Shown: piece by piece, positions 7,785-17,721 of the stretch
Layout of the letters: each line of letters begins with the position of its first letter
Numbering within the stretch: position 1 is the first letter of the stretch
Origin: Anaerolineales bacterium
GTDB taxonomy: Bacteria > Chloroflexota > Anaerolineae > Anaerolineales > E44-bin32
Assembly (NCBI GenBank): GCA_004376465.1
Contig: SOJU01000281.1
Span: 1-47,856 of the forward strand
DNA length: 47,856 nucleotides
Reading direction: 5' to 3'
Notes under the pieces: model-generated
What the model was told of the DNA's origin: nothing
Databases searched by the model: none
The model's input: only the letters and a program-made list of their open reading frames with translations
Position numbers and translations under genes: made by a program

Positions 7785-9167
7785 GTGAGAGATTGGCAAG
7801 GAAAGCGTGTTGTCATCATCGGACTCGCTCGACAGGGAAAAGCTTTAGCGCAATTCCTGTCGCAGAAAGGCGTTGAAGTCGTCGTGAGTGATCAGCAGAG
7901 CGCAGAGCAGCTTGGGCCGGCAATTAATGAGCTGGCAGCATATGAGCTGACATACCAACTTGGCAGTCATCCAATTTCCCTGCTCGAGGGGACGGATGTT
8001 CTTTTCCTATCAGGTGGTGTGCCTGTCGATTTGCCAATTGCAGTCGAAGCTCGCAAGCGAGGAATCGAGTTGGCCAACGACACTCAGCTATTCCTGGAGG
8101 CGTGCTGTGCGCCGGTGATTGGCATTACTGGCTCTGCAGGGAAGACGACGACCACATCACTTGTTGGCCGCATGGCAGAAATCGCATTCGCAGGCTCGGA
8201 GAGGCGTGCTTGGGTTGGAGGCAACATCGGTCTCCCGTTGCTGAATGACCTGGATGAGATCAAACCTGATGATCTCGTTATCATGGAACTTTCCTCGTTC
8301 CAGCTCGAACTTATGACGGTGAGTCCCCACATTGCCGCGGTTCTTAATATGACGCCCGATCATCTCGACCGGCATGGATCTATGGAAGTATATGCCGCAG
8401 CGAAGAAGCGCATTCTCGCCAATCAATTAAAAGATGATATTGCTGTGGTCCGTCATGATGACCCGCTCACCTGGGAGATGCGCAGCTTGGTTCAGGGCAG
8501 GATGATTGCTTTCGGATGGGAACAACCCGCCGATGAGAAAGAATCGGCTTATGTACGAGATGGTGTGATTCGCTTGAGGTCCGGAGATATGGAGCATGAG
8601 ATCTGTAGCGTGGAAAAGGTTGCTCTGCGGGGCCAGCACAATCTTATGAATCTTCTCGCTGCAAGCGCGCTCGCTTCGGCGGCCGGGTTGCCTATCGAGG
8701 CGATGTCTGAAGCGGCCAGCAATTTTCAGGGGGTACCGCATCGATTGGAGTTTGTGAGGCGTGTACTAGGTGCCGATTGGTACAACGATTCGATCGCAAC
8801 GACTCCTGATCGCGCATTGGCAGCCGTGCGGGCATTTGTAGAACCCAAGATTCTCCTAGCAGGAGGGCAGGACAAAGATCTCCCTTGGGAGACCTTCGCC
8901 CGCGAGGTTGTCCGCCGCGTGGACCACCTGATTCTATTTGGCGAAGCAGCACCAAAGATTGAGTGCCATATCAAAAATGCGGCTAAGGATGATACCAAAC
9001 CGACCTTGGTTATTTGTGAAGGTCTGGCGGACGCGGTCCAGGCGGCTGCAGACGTTGCTGAAGAGGGGGATGTCGTTGTGCTTTCACCTGGCGGGACGAG
9101 TTTTGACGAGTTTTCAAATTACGAAGTGCGCGGTGAAAAATTCCGTGCCTTGGTGGAGGAATTGTGA
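7785..9167 (+). CDS. murD: UDP-MurNAc-L-Ala--D-Glu ligase
   Basis: GITGSAGKTTT, GGNIG, ELSSFQLE, PDHLDRH, HRLE, NDSIAT, SPGGTSFD. Confidence 0.97.
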   Translation: MRDWQGKRVVIIGLARQGKALAQFLSQKGVEVVVSDQQSAEQLGPAINELAAYELTYQLGSHPISLLEGTDVLFLSGGVPVDLPIAVEARKRGIELANDTQLFLEACCAPVIGITGSAGKTTTTSLVGRMAEIAFAGSERRAWVGGNIGLPLLNDLDEIKPDDLVIMELSSFQLELMTVSPHIAAVLNMTPDHLDRHGSMEVYAAAKKRILANQLKDDIAVVRHDDPLTWEMRSLVQGRMIAFGWEQPADEKESAYVRDGVIRLRSGDMEHEICSVEKVALRGQHNLMNLLAASALASAAGLPIEAMSEAASNFQGVPHRLEFVRRVLGADWYNDSIATTPDRALAAVRAFVEPKILLAGGQDKDLPWETFAREVVRRVDHLILFGEAAPKIECHIKNAAKDDTKPTLVICEGLADAVQAAADVAEEGDVVVLSPGGTSFDEFSNYEVRGEKFRALVEEL

Positions 9168-10390
9168 CCCGAGCACCAGCTGCAGAGTCTAAATTGAGTC
9201 AGCGACGTATGCCTCTTGCCGTCGATCCGTGGCTCTTAATCATCACGGGCATCATGATCGCGCTGGGGCTTGTGATGATGTACTCCGCGAGCTGGGATGT
9301 GTCGTGGCGACTTTATGGGGACAACAATTACTTATTGAACCGCCAACTGTTGAACTTGCTCGTCGGTCTGGGTGCGATGGCTGTGGCTACCTGGTTTCCA
9401 TTGGATTGGCTGCGAAAAATTGCGCTGCCTCTGATCGTTGTAACGATAGCGATCCTATTCGCTGTGTTGGCCATAAACTTCGGCGGGGAATACAAACGCG
9501 CCTTTCTAGGTGCCTCGGTCCAACCGTCGGAGATGGCGAAGCTGGCACTCGTTATCTACCTGGCGGTCTGGATGGAATCAAAAGGAGACCGCCTGAGCGA
9601 AATGGGCTATGGCTTCTGGCCCATGGTCGTCATCGTCGGCGTAGTCAGCGGTTTGATCGTCGCTCAGCCCGATCTGAGCGCGGGGTTGACGGTTGGGTTG
9701 GTCGCTCTAACGATGTTCTACCTGGCAGGAGCCCGGACGATACAGACTATAGGGCTCGTGGTTGGCGGAGGTTCGGTTAGTTATTTACTTATCCGTCTTC
9801 ATTCGACTGGTGCTCAGCGTTGGATACAGTTCAAAGATGGATTGGTGGACATTGAAAAAGCACATTATCACGTCCAGCAATCCCTGCAATCGTTCTACTC
9901 GGGCGGCATACTCGGCCGAGGGTTAGGGGCGAGTCGCGGTAAGTTCGGTTTTCTACCGGCACCACATACGGACAGTGTTTATGCCGTCATTGGCGAGGAA
10001 CTTGGATTGATTGGTGCGTTGTTGATATTGGTGCTTTTTTGCGTTTTCATGTGGCGAGGCTTCCGGGTCGCGGTCGGCACGCAGGACCGGCTGGGCTTGC
10101 TCCTCGCCAGCGGTATCACTTTTTGGATTGGAGCAGAGGCTCTAATCAACATGTCGGTTCTGCTAGGTCTGCTGCCGTTTGCGGGCAACGCTCTACCATT
10201 CTTCAGCTACGGCGGCTCAAGCCTGGTCACGATATTAACCGGAGTGGGCTTTATCCTGAACGTATCCCGGATGGAGAGAGCTGAAACCAAGAAGCGAGGC
10301 TATGTTGCGACTTTTAGTGTCAGCCGGAGGGACGGGGGGCGGCGTGTATCCCGCCTTGGCCGTGATCGCCGAGCTCAGCGAGAAAGCTGA
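9164..10390 (+). CDS. ftsW: SEDS peptidoglycan glycosyltransferase FtsW
   Basis: QPSEMAK, QPDL, LPAPHTD, GEELG, LPFFSYGGSS; position between murD and murG. Confidence 0.95.
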   Translation: MTRAPAAESKLSQRRMPLAVDPWLLIITGIMIALGLVMMYSASWDVSWRLYGDNNYLLNRQLLNLLVGLGAMAVATWFPLDWLRKIALPLIVVTIAILFAVLAINFGGEYKRAFLGASVQPSEMAKLALVIYLAVWMESKGDRLSEMGYGFWPMVVIVGVVSGLIVAQPDLSAGLTVGLVALTMFYLAGARTIQTIGLVVGGGSVSYLLIRLHSTGAQRWIQFKDGLVDIEKAHYHVQQSLQSFYSGGILGRGLGASRGKFGFLPAPHTDSVYAVIGEELGLIGALLILVLFCVFMWRGFRVAVGTQDRLGLLLASGITFWIGAEALINMSVLLGLLPFAGNALPFFSYGGSSLVTILTGVGFILNVSRMERAETKKRGYVATFSVSRRDGGRRVSRLGRDRRAQRES

Positions 10391-11402
10391 AGTGCTCTGG
10401 GTTGGAGGGCAGGGAGGCATGGAAGCAGCGCTCGTTAAACGGGCGGGCATCCCCTTCGAAGCGATCCCAGCCGCAGGGTTGCATGGGGTCGGAATTTGCA
10501 GTCTGCCCGTTAACGCATCGCGTTTGCTCCAGGGCATCCCCGCGGCGAAACGAATCATCCGCCGCTTTCAGCCCGATGTGCTCTTTTTTACCGGCGGCTA
10601 TGTGGGAGTGCCTGTGGCGCTTGCGGGTCGACAGCTGCCTCAGGCAGTGTTCGTCCCGGATATTGAACCGGCGCTGGCTTTGAGGTTGATCAGCCGTTTT
10701 GCTAGGGTGATCAACGTCTCCACAGCGGATTCGGAGAACTTCTATCCCAGGCGAAAGCGAGTCGTCGTAACGGGCTATCCGACGCAGGCAGACTATGTTG
10801 TAAGGGGTAAAACCGAAGCGAGACGGATCTTCGGTTTGGACGAGGGTGCAAGAACCTTGTTGGTCTTTGGCGGCAGCCGGGGGGCGCGCTCGATCAATGA
10901 GGCAGTATGGGAAATTCTTCCGAACCTGCTTGAGATCGCCCAGGTGGTGCATATCACCGGGGAGCTTGACTGGCCGAGGGTGCCAGCTGTGATCGAGAGG
11001 CTTAATGCAACGTATGTGAGTCGGTATCACCCGCATGCCTATTTGCATGAGGGGATGGGTCTAGCGCTGGGGGCAGCGGATTTGGTTGTCTCACGCGCGG
11101 GCGCGGCCACGATCGGGGAGTATCCACTCTTTGGGCTGCCGGCGGTTCTCGTTCCATACCCGCATGCTTGGCGATATCAAAAAGTGAATGCGGCATACCT
11201 CGAGGAAAACGGCGGGGCAATCGTGCTTCGTGATGAAGATCTGCGAAAGACTCTACTGCCGATGGTCAGTGAACTCATGCATGATCCCTCTCGGCTTGAA
11301 GCGATGGGGACCGCAATGCGTAGATTATCGAAGCCGGGTGCGGCGAAGCGGATCGCATGTGAGATTGGAAACCTGGCGATGAAGAAAGTGCAGGACGCAT
11401 GA
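10302..11402 (+). CDS. murG: Lipid I N-acetylglucosaminyltransferase MurG
   Basis: AGGTGGG, TGGYV, FGGSRGA, SRAGAAT.GE, LVPYP, QKVNA. Confidence 0.95.
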   Translation: MLRLLVSAGGTGGGVYPALAVIAELSEKAEVLWVGGQGGMEAALVKRAGIPFEAIPAAGLHGVGICSLPVNASRLLQGIPAAKRIIRRFQPDVLFFTGGYVGVPVALAGRQLPQAVFVPDIEPALALRLISRFARVINVSTADSENFYPRRKRVVVTGYPTQADYVVRGKTEARRIFGLDEGARTLLVFGGSRGARSINEAVWEILPNLLEIAQVVHITGELDWPRVPAVIERLNATYVSRYHPHAYLHEGMGLALGAADLVVSRAGAATIGEYPLFGLPAVLVPYPHAWRYQKVNAAYLEENGGAIVLRDEDLRKTLLPMVSELMHDPSRLEAMGTAMRRLSKPGAAKRIACEIGNLAMKKVQDA

Positions 11403-11932
11403 TTAGCATTGTAGTCCTATTCGGGATTCTGATTGCGCTCTTCGCCATTATTGGTGCAGTCCGCGGCTGGGCTAAGGAGCTGCTTGTCACCAGCGCCATT
11501 ATCCTAGCGCTTTTCATTATCCAGATTTTAGAAACCCACATTCGACCCTATTACACGGCGTTGGTAATGCAGCCGCCGGGTACGCAATTCATCATTCGGG
11601 CTGGCTTCCTGGGGTTGATGGCATTCTTCGGTTATCAGACACCGCACATTCGCGCCTTGCAGCCAAAGCTGGTACGCGAGCGGCTCCAGGATGTCCTTCT
11701 GGGGCTCGCTTTGGGTGCATTAAACGGCTATCTGCTTTTTGGATCGATCTGGTTCTTCCTGCACGATTTAAATTACCCGACAACATGGATTCAGATGCCT
11801 CCAGAGGGATCCGTACTATACGAGCAGATTTTCAATATTGTCGCTTATCTGCCTCCGGCCATCTTGCCAATCCCACAGCTCTATTTCGCAGTGGGGATCG
11901 TGTTCGTCTTCATCATCGTGGTTTTCGTATGA
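11399..11932 (+). CDS. Multi-TM membrane protein, CvpA-like
   Basis: GAVRGWAKELL N-motif and D..LG...GALNG motif typical of the CvpA family; ATGA overlaps on both sides. Confidence 0.7.
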   Translation: MISIVVLFGILIALFAIIGAVRGWAKELLVTSAIILALFIIQILETHIRPYYTALVMQPPGTQFIIRAGFLGLMAFFGYQTPHIRALQPKLVRERLQDVLLGLALGALNGYLLFGSIWFFLHDLNYPTTWIQMPPEGSVLYEQIFNIVAYLPPAILPIPQLYFAVGIVFVFIIVVFV

Positions 11933-13293
11933 GTCAACATGTGCATCTCGTTGGGATTGGCGGCGCAGGGATTTCAGCCGTGGCTAAAGTACTTCAGGGA
12001 CGAGGATATGCTGTGACGGGTTCAGACCAAGCTCGATCCATTTATGCCGATGCGCTTGAAAAGGATGGCATACGGATCATGTATGGCCACGACGCTGAGA
12101 ACGTAGCCGGGGCCTCACTGGTCGTCGCCTCATCCGCCATTCCGGATAGCAATGTGGAACTCGTCCGCGCCACAGAATTAGGCATACCAGTTTTCCGGCG
12201 CAACGCGTTCTTGCGGGAGCTAACGGCTGAGAGCGAGACTGTTGCCGTAGCAGGGACACATGGAAAAACAACGACGACGGCTTTGATCGCCTGGCTTCTT
12301 GTGCAGACAGATCAGGATCCAACTTTCATGGTGGGCGGAATGGTGACTGATTTCAAATCAAACGCACGTGTCGGGCAGGGACCATACTTTGTGATTGAAG
12401 CGGATGAATACGATCGGGCTTTCTTGGGATTGCAGCCCAAAGTGGCTGTGGTAACGAACGTGGAGCACGATCATCCGGATTGTTATCCCACCAAAGCGGA
12501 CTTTCTAAGCGCGTTTCAATCTTTTGTTGACCAAGTTGAGGATTGCCTCGTTATCTGTGCGGATGATGAAGGTGCCCAGAGATTAGAACCAGGATCTACT
12601 CAGAAAGTTACCTATGGTCTTTCCAAGGGGGCTGATTGGCGGGCTGAGGAGATTCGTTCGAATCCCGCTGGCGGCTCTGACTTCCTGGTAATGAAAAATG
12701 GGGAGACATTGGGTTTAACACGGACGCGCCTGCCTGGTGAGCACAATGTGAAGAACACCCTGGCGGCATTAGCAGTCGTAGATCACCTTGGCGTTGCGTT
12801 CAAGCGGTCGAATGAAGCATTGACGGAATTTCATGGGGTAGAGCGACGCTTCGAAATTCTGGGCGAAGCGAAAGGCGTAGTGGTCGTCGACGATTATGCA
12901 CACCATCCGACAGAGATACGAGCCACATTGAAGGCAGCCCGTGAGCGTTTCCCAGAGCAAGAAGTGTGGGCGGTCTTTCAACCTCACACCTATTCCCGCA
13001 TTCGGACCTTGCTGGATGAATTCGCCCAGGCCTTCACCGACGCGGATCGGGTACTTGTCTTGGAAGTCTTTGCAGCCCGAGAAGCAGAGGATCCTGCTCT
13101 TTCCGGGAAAGTCATCGCTGAAAGTATTAATCACGGGGATGTCCGTTTTATCCCGGACTTGGCGGGAGCAGCGCAGGTGCTTTTTGATGAGGTTCGAGAA
13201 AAATCCGTTGTGATCACACTAAGCGCAGGAGATGGGAATGAAGTCGGTAGAAACCTGTTAGAAAAACTAAAGGCAAGCGAGGGAGATAAATAG
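11929..13293 (+). CDS. murC: UDP-MurNAc--L-Ala ligase
   Basis: HLVGIGGAGIS, AGTHGKTTT, EADEYD, DDYAHHPTE, FQPH; start corrected to ATG 11929. Confidence 0.97.
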   Translation: MSQHVHLVGIGGAGISAVAKVLQGRGYAVTGSDQARSIYADALEKDGIRIMYGHDAENVAGASLVVASSAIPDSNVELVRATELGIPVFRRNAFLRELTAESETVAVAGTHGKTTTTALIAWLLVQTDQDPTFMVGGMVTDFKSNARVGQGPYFVIEADEYDRAFLGLQPKVAVVTNVEHDHPDCYPTKADFLSAFQSFVDQVEDCLVICADDEGAQRLEPGSTQKVTYGLSKGADWRAEEIRSNPAGGSDFLVMKNGETLGLTRTRLPGEHNVKNTLAALAVVDHLGVAFKRSNEALTEFHGVERRFEILGEAKGVVVVDDYAHHPTEIRATLKAARERFPEQEVWAVFQPHTYSRIRTLLDEFAQAFTDADRVLVLEVFAAREAEDPALSGKVIAESINHGDVRFIPDLAGAAQVLFDEVREKSVVITLSAGDGNEVGRNLLEKLKASEGDK

Positions 13294-13294
13294 C

Positions 13295-13471
13295 ATGGCT
13301 AAGAAGAAAAAGGGCGTCTTTGAAGCCGATAGAAAGATGGAGCTCCGTATGCGTCTGGCTGCGAAACAAGCCGCACAGCTCGCATATGCTGGACCAAAGG
13401 GGAACCTTCCCGTAGAGATTCCGGAGCTAGAGCTCTTGAACCGGATCATCGATAGGGTGCGACATTTGTGA
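13295..13471 (+). CDS. Small hypothetical protein (58 aa), absent from the ORF track
   Basis: MAKKKKGVFEADRKMELRMRLAAKQAAQLAYAGPKGNLPVEIPELELLNRIIDRVRHL; SD GAGGGAG; starts 2 nt after the murC stop; TGA overlaps the murB start. Confidence 0.75.
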   Translation: MAKKKKGVFEADRKMELRMRLAAKQAAQLAYAGPKGNLPVEIPELELLNRIIDRVRHL

Positions 13472-14442
13472 TGGACAGCGTTATCTCGCCTGAGGCCGTA
13501 CTCAGGCTGCGAGAGCTTTTTGGTGATCGGCTGAGTGAAGCCGTGACCATGGCTCCATACACCTCCGCTCGAATTGGAGGCCTGGCAGATTTCCTGCTTG
13601 AGGTTCGCTCGGCGGAAGATTTGGCAGAGGTTACGCGCCAGTTGTGGGATGAAGAAGTTCCATTCAGGATTCTGGGGGGTGGCTCAAATATTCTTGTCTC
13701 CGACCGAGGGGTGCGTGAGGTGGTGGTCTTGAATCGTGCACGCAAGATCCACTTCTTCCAGGAAGATGAGGCGCGGTACGTAAAAGCCGAGTCGGGCGCT
13801 GTTTTGGGGACGATTGCGAGACTGGCCGGGGACCGTGGGTGGTCTGGATTGGAATGGGGGGCGACCGTTCCTGGAACGGTAGGAGGGGCAGTTGTTGGAA
13901 ATGCAGGCGCATTCGCTGGAGACATGGCTAGCGTGCTAAAAATGGCCGAAATCTTGCAACAAGATGGATGCGTGGAGGAATGGCCGTTGGAACGTCTGGA
14001 ATACGGCTATCGTGACAGTGTTTTAAAGCGCAATCCAGGCTCTGTGGTTCTGTCGACGACCCTGGAATTGTCAGCCTCCACAGTGGATGCATGCAAAACG
14101 AAGATGAGCGAGTATTCGCAGAAGCGCGCTCAATCGCAGCCGTCAGGCGCGAGTATAGGTTCGATGTTTAAAAACCCTCCTGACGATTTTGCTGGTCGGT
14201 TGATCGAGGCTGTTGGATTAAAAGGTTTCAAGCAGGGAGCGGTTTCGATCAGTTCAGAACACGCTAATTTCTTCATGAATGAAGGTGAGGGCACTGCAGA
14301 TCAGGTATGGACGTTGATCCAAACCGCACGCGAGAAAATCATGGAAAAGTTTGGAGTTTCACTTGAACTTGAGATTGAACTCATTGGCGAGTGGCTGGAG
14401 AATGAAGCCGCTCTTCCCAAACATGGGAAAGGGTCTTCATGA
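13468..14442 (+). CDS. murB: UDP-N-acetylenolpyruvoylglucosamine reductase
   Basis: RIGGLAD, LGGGSNILV, PGTVGGAVVGNAGA, GSMFKNP, HANF, LELEI. Confidence 0.97.
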   Translation: MMDSVISPEAVLRLRELFGDRLSEAVTMAPYTSARIGGLADFLLEVRSAEDLAEVTRQLWDEEVPFRILGGGSNILVSDRGVREVVVLNRARKIHFFQEDEARYVKAESGAVLGTIARLAGDRGWSGLEWGATVPGTVGGAVVGNAGAFAGDMASVLKMAEILQQDGCVEEWPLERLEYGYRDSVLKRNPGSVVLSTTLELSASTVDACKTKMSEYSQKRAQSQPSGASIGSMFKNPPDDFAGRLIEAVGLKGFKQGAVSISSEHANFFMNEGEGTADQVWTLIQTAREKIMEKFGVSLELEIELIGEWLENEAALPKHGKGSS

Positions 14443-15554
14443 GTAAAAAGCTGCGCCTAGGGGTTCTCTTTGGAGGTCGATCCGGGGAACATGAGGTGTC
14501 CCTCATGTCGGCGCGTTCTGTGGTCGACGCCCTGGATGATAAGAAATACGAGGTGATCGAGATTGGAATCTCGAAAGAGGGACACTGGCTGTATGGAGAT
14601 GGTGCACTCAGAGCCTTCGAGACTGGCGAGCAGGATTCCTTACATCCAGCAATGATGATCCCAGAACCCAAGCGGGCGGCTATTTACCGCCAGGAAATTG
14701 GCAATTCCCTGGAGATATTAAAAGAGCTGGAGGTCATTTTCCCTGTTCTGCACGGCACTTTCGGCGAGGACGGGGCAGTGCAGGGTCTGTTTGAACTTGC
14801 AGAGCTTCCCTACGTCGGTGCGGGGGTGCTCGCATCCTCGGTCGCGATGGACAAAGGGTTATTCAAGGATGTTATGCGAGCTCAGGCAATTCCGGTAGTA
14901 GATTGGGTTGTACTTGAGGCTTCAGAATTGCAAGCAGACCTCGATAAGGCGCTTAAGAAAGCGGAGCGTCTGGGCGATTATCCGCTCTTCACTAAACCGG
15001 CAAACATGGGATCTTCCGTGGGAATTACACGCTGCAAGGAACGCTCAACGCTGCTTGAGGGGCTCATGGATGCAGCGCAATACGACCGAAGGATTCTGGT
15101 GGAGCGGGGGCTGGATGCTCGAGAGATCGAAGTGAGCGTACTCGGAAATGAGGAAGTTAAAGCATCGGTTCCAGGTGAGGTTATCCCTAGTGATGATTTC
15201 TATTCTTACAAGGCAAAGTACATCGATGACGCTTCTGAGTTGGTGATCCCTGCCGAGATCGATGAGGAGACAGCGAAGAAGGCACAGCAGCTGGCAAAAC
15301 AGGCATACCGAGCGATTGACGGGGCGGGTATGGCCCGCGTTGATTTCCTCCTCGATAAGGTAAGTGGAGATTTGTACCTGAATGAAATCAACACCATCCC
15401 CGGCTTCACACAAATCAGTATGTATCCGAAGCTTTGGGAAGCGAGCGCGTTGCCTTATACAGAACTTCTTGATCAGCTGATTGAATTGGCATTGATGCGT
15501 CACCAACAGAAGATGGGACTTCTCCGCAGCTATGAGGGAGAGGGAACGCAATGA
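14439..15554 (+). CDS. ddl: D-alanine--D-alanine ligase
   Basis: FGGRSGEHEVS, LHGTFGEDG, GSSVG, FYSYKAKY (Tyr form, D-Ala-D-Ala type), NEINTIPG. Confidence 0.97.
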   Translation: MSKKLRLGVLFGGRSGEHEVSLMSARSVVDALDDKKYEVIEIGISKEGHWLYGDGALRAFETGEQDSLHPAMMIPEPKRAAIYRQEIGNSLEILKELEVIFPVLHGTFGEDGAVQGLFELAELPYVGAGVLASSVAMDKGLFKDVMRAQAIPVVDWVVLEASELQADLDKALKKAERLGDYPLFTKPANMGSSVGITRCKERSTLLEGLMDAAQYDRRILVERGLDAREIEVSVLGNEEVKASVPGEVIPSDDFYSYKAKYIDDASELVIPAEIDEETAKKAQQLAKQAYRAIDGAGMARVDFLLDKVSGDLYLNEINTIPGFTQISMYPKLWEASALPYTELLDQLIELALMRHQQKMGLLRSYEGEGTQ

Positions 15555-16456
15555 GTGTTGGCGATAGGGTATTCGGCGGCCCTGAGAACAGGGCAGACCA
15601 GGTGCGTGCACGGCGGGCACGAAAAGTCCGGAAGATTGAACGGGCGGGCCGCTTTAAGACGACAAAACCGCGCAGGAATAAACGGGCAAGGCGCCGTTAT
15701 GCCGTACCCGTAAGCGCGGATCACGGAACGGAAATTCAACTAACAGGAATTTCAGGGGCACATTTTGGATCGAGGTTGTTCTCAATTGTGCTGTTGGGAG
15801 CCAGTTTTTGGATGATTGTCAGGTTTGTACAAGCACCAACATATAAAGCCGGCATGCCGACGATCGATGGCCAACAGATGCTCAGTTTAGCGCAAGTTCG
15901 ATCATTGGCAGGAGTTGAAGGGCAGTCTGCCTTTCTCGTCGACCCGGAGGTCGTTGAAGCCAGGCTAAAGGAGGCAGCTGAGGTGAGTGAAGCAACGGTT
16001 ATGTTGAAATGGCCGAATCGAGTTGAGATTTTGCTTGAGGAACGTCAGCCAGCCGTGGAGTGGAATGATGGTGGTCGGATATGGTGGCTGAGTGCCGATG
16101 GAACAGCATATATACAACACGGTATCCAGTCAGATCTAACGCAGGTCACGAGTGCGGAACCGGTTTTGAACCTCGATGGGAATGCGAACGATCCGGTCAT
16201 CGACCCGGTTCTACTAAGCGCAGTGGATGTGTTGTCCAAACACATGCCAGAGGTTAGCTCCTGGCAATTTGATCCCGACCATGGTCTAAGTTTCGCGGAT
16301 GTGCGCGGATGGCAGGCATACTTCGGCGAAGGCGGTGATATGCGCATGAAGGTGCGAATCTACAACACGATAGCTGATAAGTTGTTTGCGGATAACATCC
16401 CGGTAACGATGGTGAGCGTGGAAAATCAACACGCACCATTTTACGCAATGGAGTGA
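15551..16456 (+). CDS. ftsQ: Cell division protein FtsQ/DivIB
   Basis: Arg-rich cytoplasmic tail, one TM helix, POTRA-like segment ending WPNRVEILLEERQP; between ddl and ftsA. Confidence 0.85.
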   Translation: MSVGDRVFGGPENRADQVRARRARKVRKIERAGRFKTTKPRRNKRARRRYAVPVSADHGTEIQLTGISGAHFGSRLFSIVLLGASFWMIVRFVQAPTYKAGMPTIDGQQMLSLAQVRSLAGVEGQSAFLVDPEVVEARLKEAAEVSEATVMLKWPNRVEILLEERQPAVEWNDGGRIWWLSADGTAYIQHGIQSDLTQVTSAEPVLNLDGNANDPVIDPVLLSAVDVLSKHMPEVSSWQFDPDHGLSFADVRGWQAYFGEGGDMRMKVRIYNTIADKLFADNIPVTMVSVENQHAPFYAME

Positions 16457-16464
16457 GCGAATAA

Positions 16465-17721
16465 GTGGCAACGATTCTCGGTTTGGAAGAGACGATTTTT
16501 GTCGGGTTGGATATCGGCACGAGCAAAATTTGCATGCTCGTGGGACATTCCACGCCTGATGGAAAGTTGCGGGTGATCGGCATCGGCGAAGCGCCATCGA
16601 AAGGTATGCGCAAAGGCGGCGTCGTGAACCTTGAGGCGTTGGCTCAGTCAATCCGGATTTCAAAGGATAAAGCCGAGCGAACCTCGGGGTACGAGATCAC
16701 CTCCGCAATGGTCAGTCTCTCCGGATCTCATATCTCCTCGCTCAACAGCAAGGGCATGACGGGTGTGACGGGTCGGACGATCAGTGGCGATGATGTGAGC
16801 AGAGCGATCGAGGCCGCCCGTTCAATTGTGATCCCATACGATCGGGCTATCGTTCACGTCATCCCGCGAGCCTTCGTTGTCGATGGGCAGGATGGTATTA
16901 AGTCTGCTGTTGGCATGCACGGCTACCGTCTTGAAGTGGAAGCCCACATCGTGACAGCCAGCAGCACTGCGCTGCGAAATCTTGAAAAATGTATCGAGGC
17001 AGCCGGGATCGATGTCGATGGCTGGGTGCTTGGATCACTCGCATCGGCAGGTGTTACCTTGAGCGAGACCGAACAAGAAATGGGAGTGATGCTCTGCGAC
17101 ATCGGTGCGGGAACGACCGATATTGCAATCTACATTGAGGGAGCAGTCTGGCATACCGCGGTTATCCCGGTGGGCGGAGAGCATCTTTCAAATGACATTG
17201 CCCAAGTTTTACATCTCCCCCACGAGACTGCCGAGTCGGCGAAAAGGCGGCATGGTTATGCTAGACCTTCGGGCTTTGATCCCGCTCAAGCGTTCGCTGT
17301 CCGTCCCTTCGGTGAGGAGCAATCCATCCGAATCAAGTGTAAGGACATGGCGGTGATCATTGAGCCGCGGATCGAGGAATTATTTAGTTTGGTAAGACAG
17401 GAAGTAAAACGCAGTGGATATGATGGCTTGCTGCCGGCTGGAATTGTATTGGCCGGAGGGACAAGCCAGCTTCCAGGCATCCGTGATGTTGCTAATGAAA
17501 TACTTCATTTACCCGTTCGAATCGCGGAACCGGAGCGGATGCTCGGTTTAGTGGATCGTTTGCGTTCACCGGCTTTCGCAGCCAGCCTGGGCTTACTTTA
17601 TTGGGCGCAGGTGCTGGGAGAGGAGAGCGGGGTTGGAGGCTTTACCTATGCCGGTTTCACACTGCCAAACTTTAGTTTTGAGAAAACAGTAGGTTTTTTC
17701 AAACGGTTACTGCCCGGATAA
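16465..17721 (+). CDS. ftsA: Cell division protein FtsA
   Basis: [25 protein letters not shown]-terminal amphipathic helix FFKRLLP. Confidence 0.97.
   Translation: MATILGLEETIFVGLDIGTSKICMLVGHSTPDGKLRVIGIGEAPSKGMRKGGVVNLEALAQSIRISKDKAERTSGYEITSAMVSLSGSHISSLNSKGMTGVTGRTISGDDVSRAIEAARSIVIPYDRAIVHVIPRAFVVDGQDGIKSAVGMHGYRLEVEAHIVTASSTALRNLEKCIEAAGIDVDGWVLGSLASAGVTLSETEQEMGVMLCDIGAGTTDIAIYIEGAVWHTAVIPVGGEHLSNDIAQVLHLPHETAESAKRRHGYARPSGFDPAQAFAVRPFGEEQSIRIKCKDMAVIIEPRIEELFSLVRQEVKRSGYDGLLPAGIVLAGGTSQLPGIRDVANEILHLPVRIAEPERMLGLVDRLRSPAFAASLGLLYWAQVLGEESGVGGFTYAGFTLPNFSFEKTVGFFKRLLPG

Noticed and set aside
11785-11928. 48-aa N-terminal extension of MurC
   Set aside because: Overlaps the CvpA-like gene; ATG 11929 gives a canonical start with ATGA coupling
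14439-15554. Van-type D-Ala-D-Lac ligase
   Set aside because: Omega-loop FYSYKAKY has the Tyr of D-Ala-D-Ala ligases and the gene sits in the dcw operon
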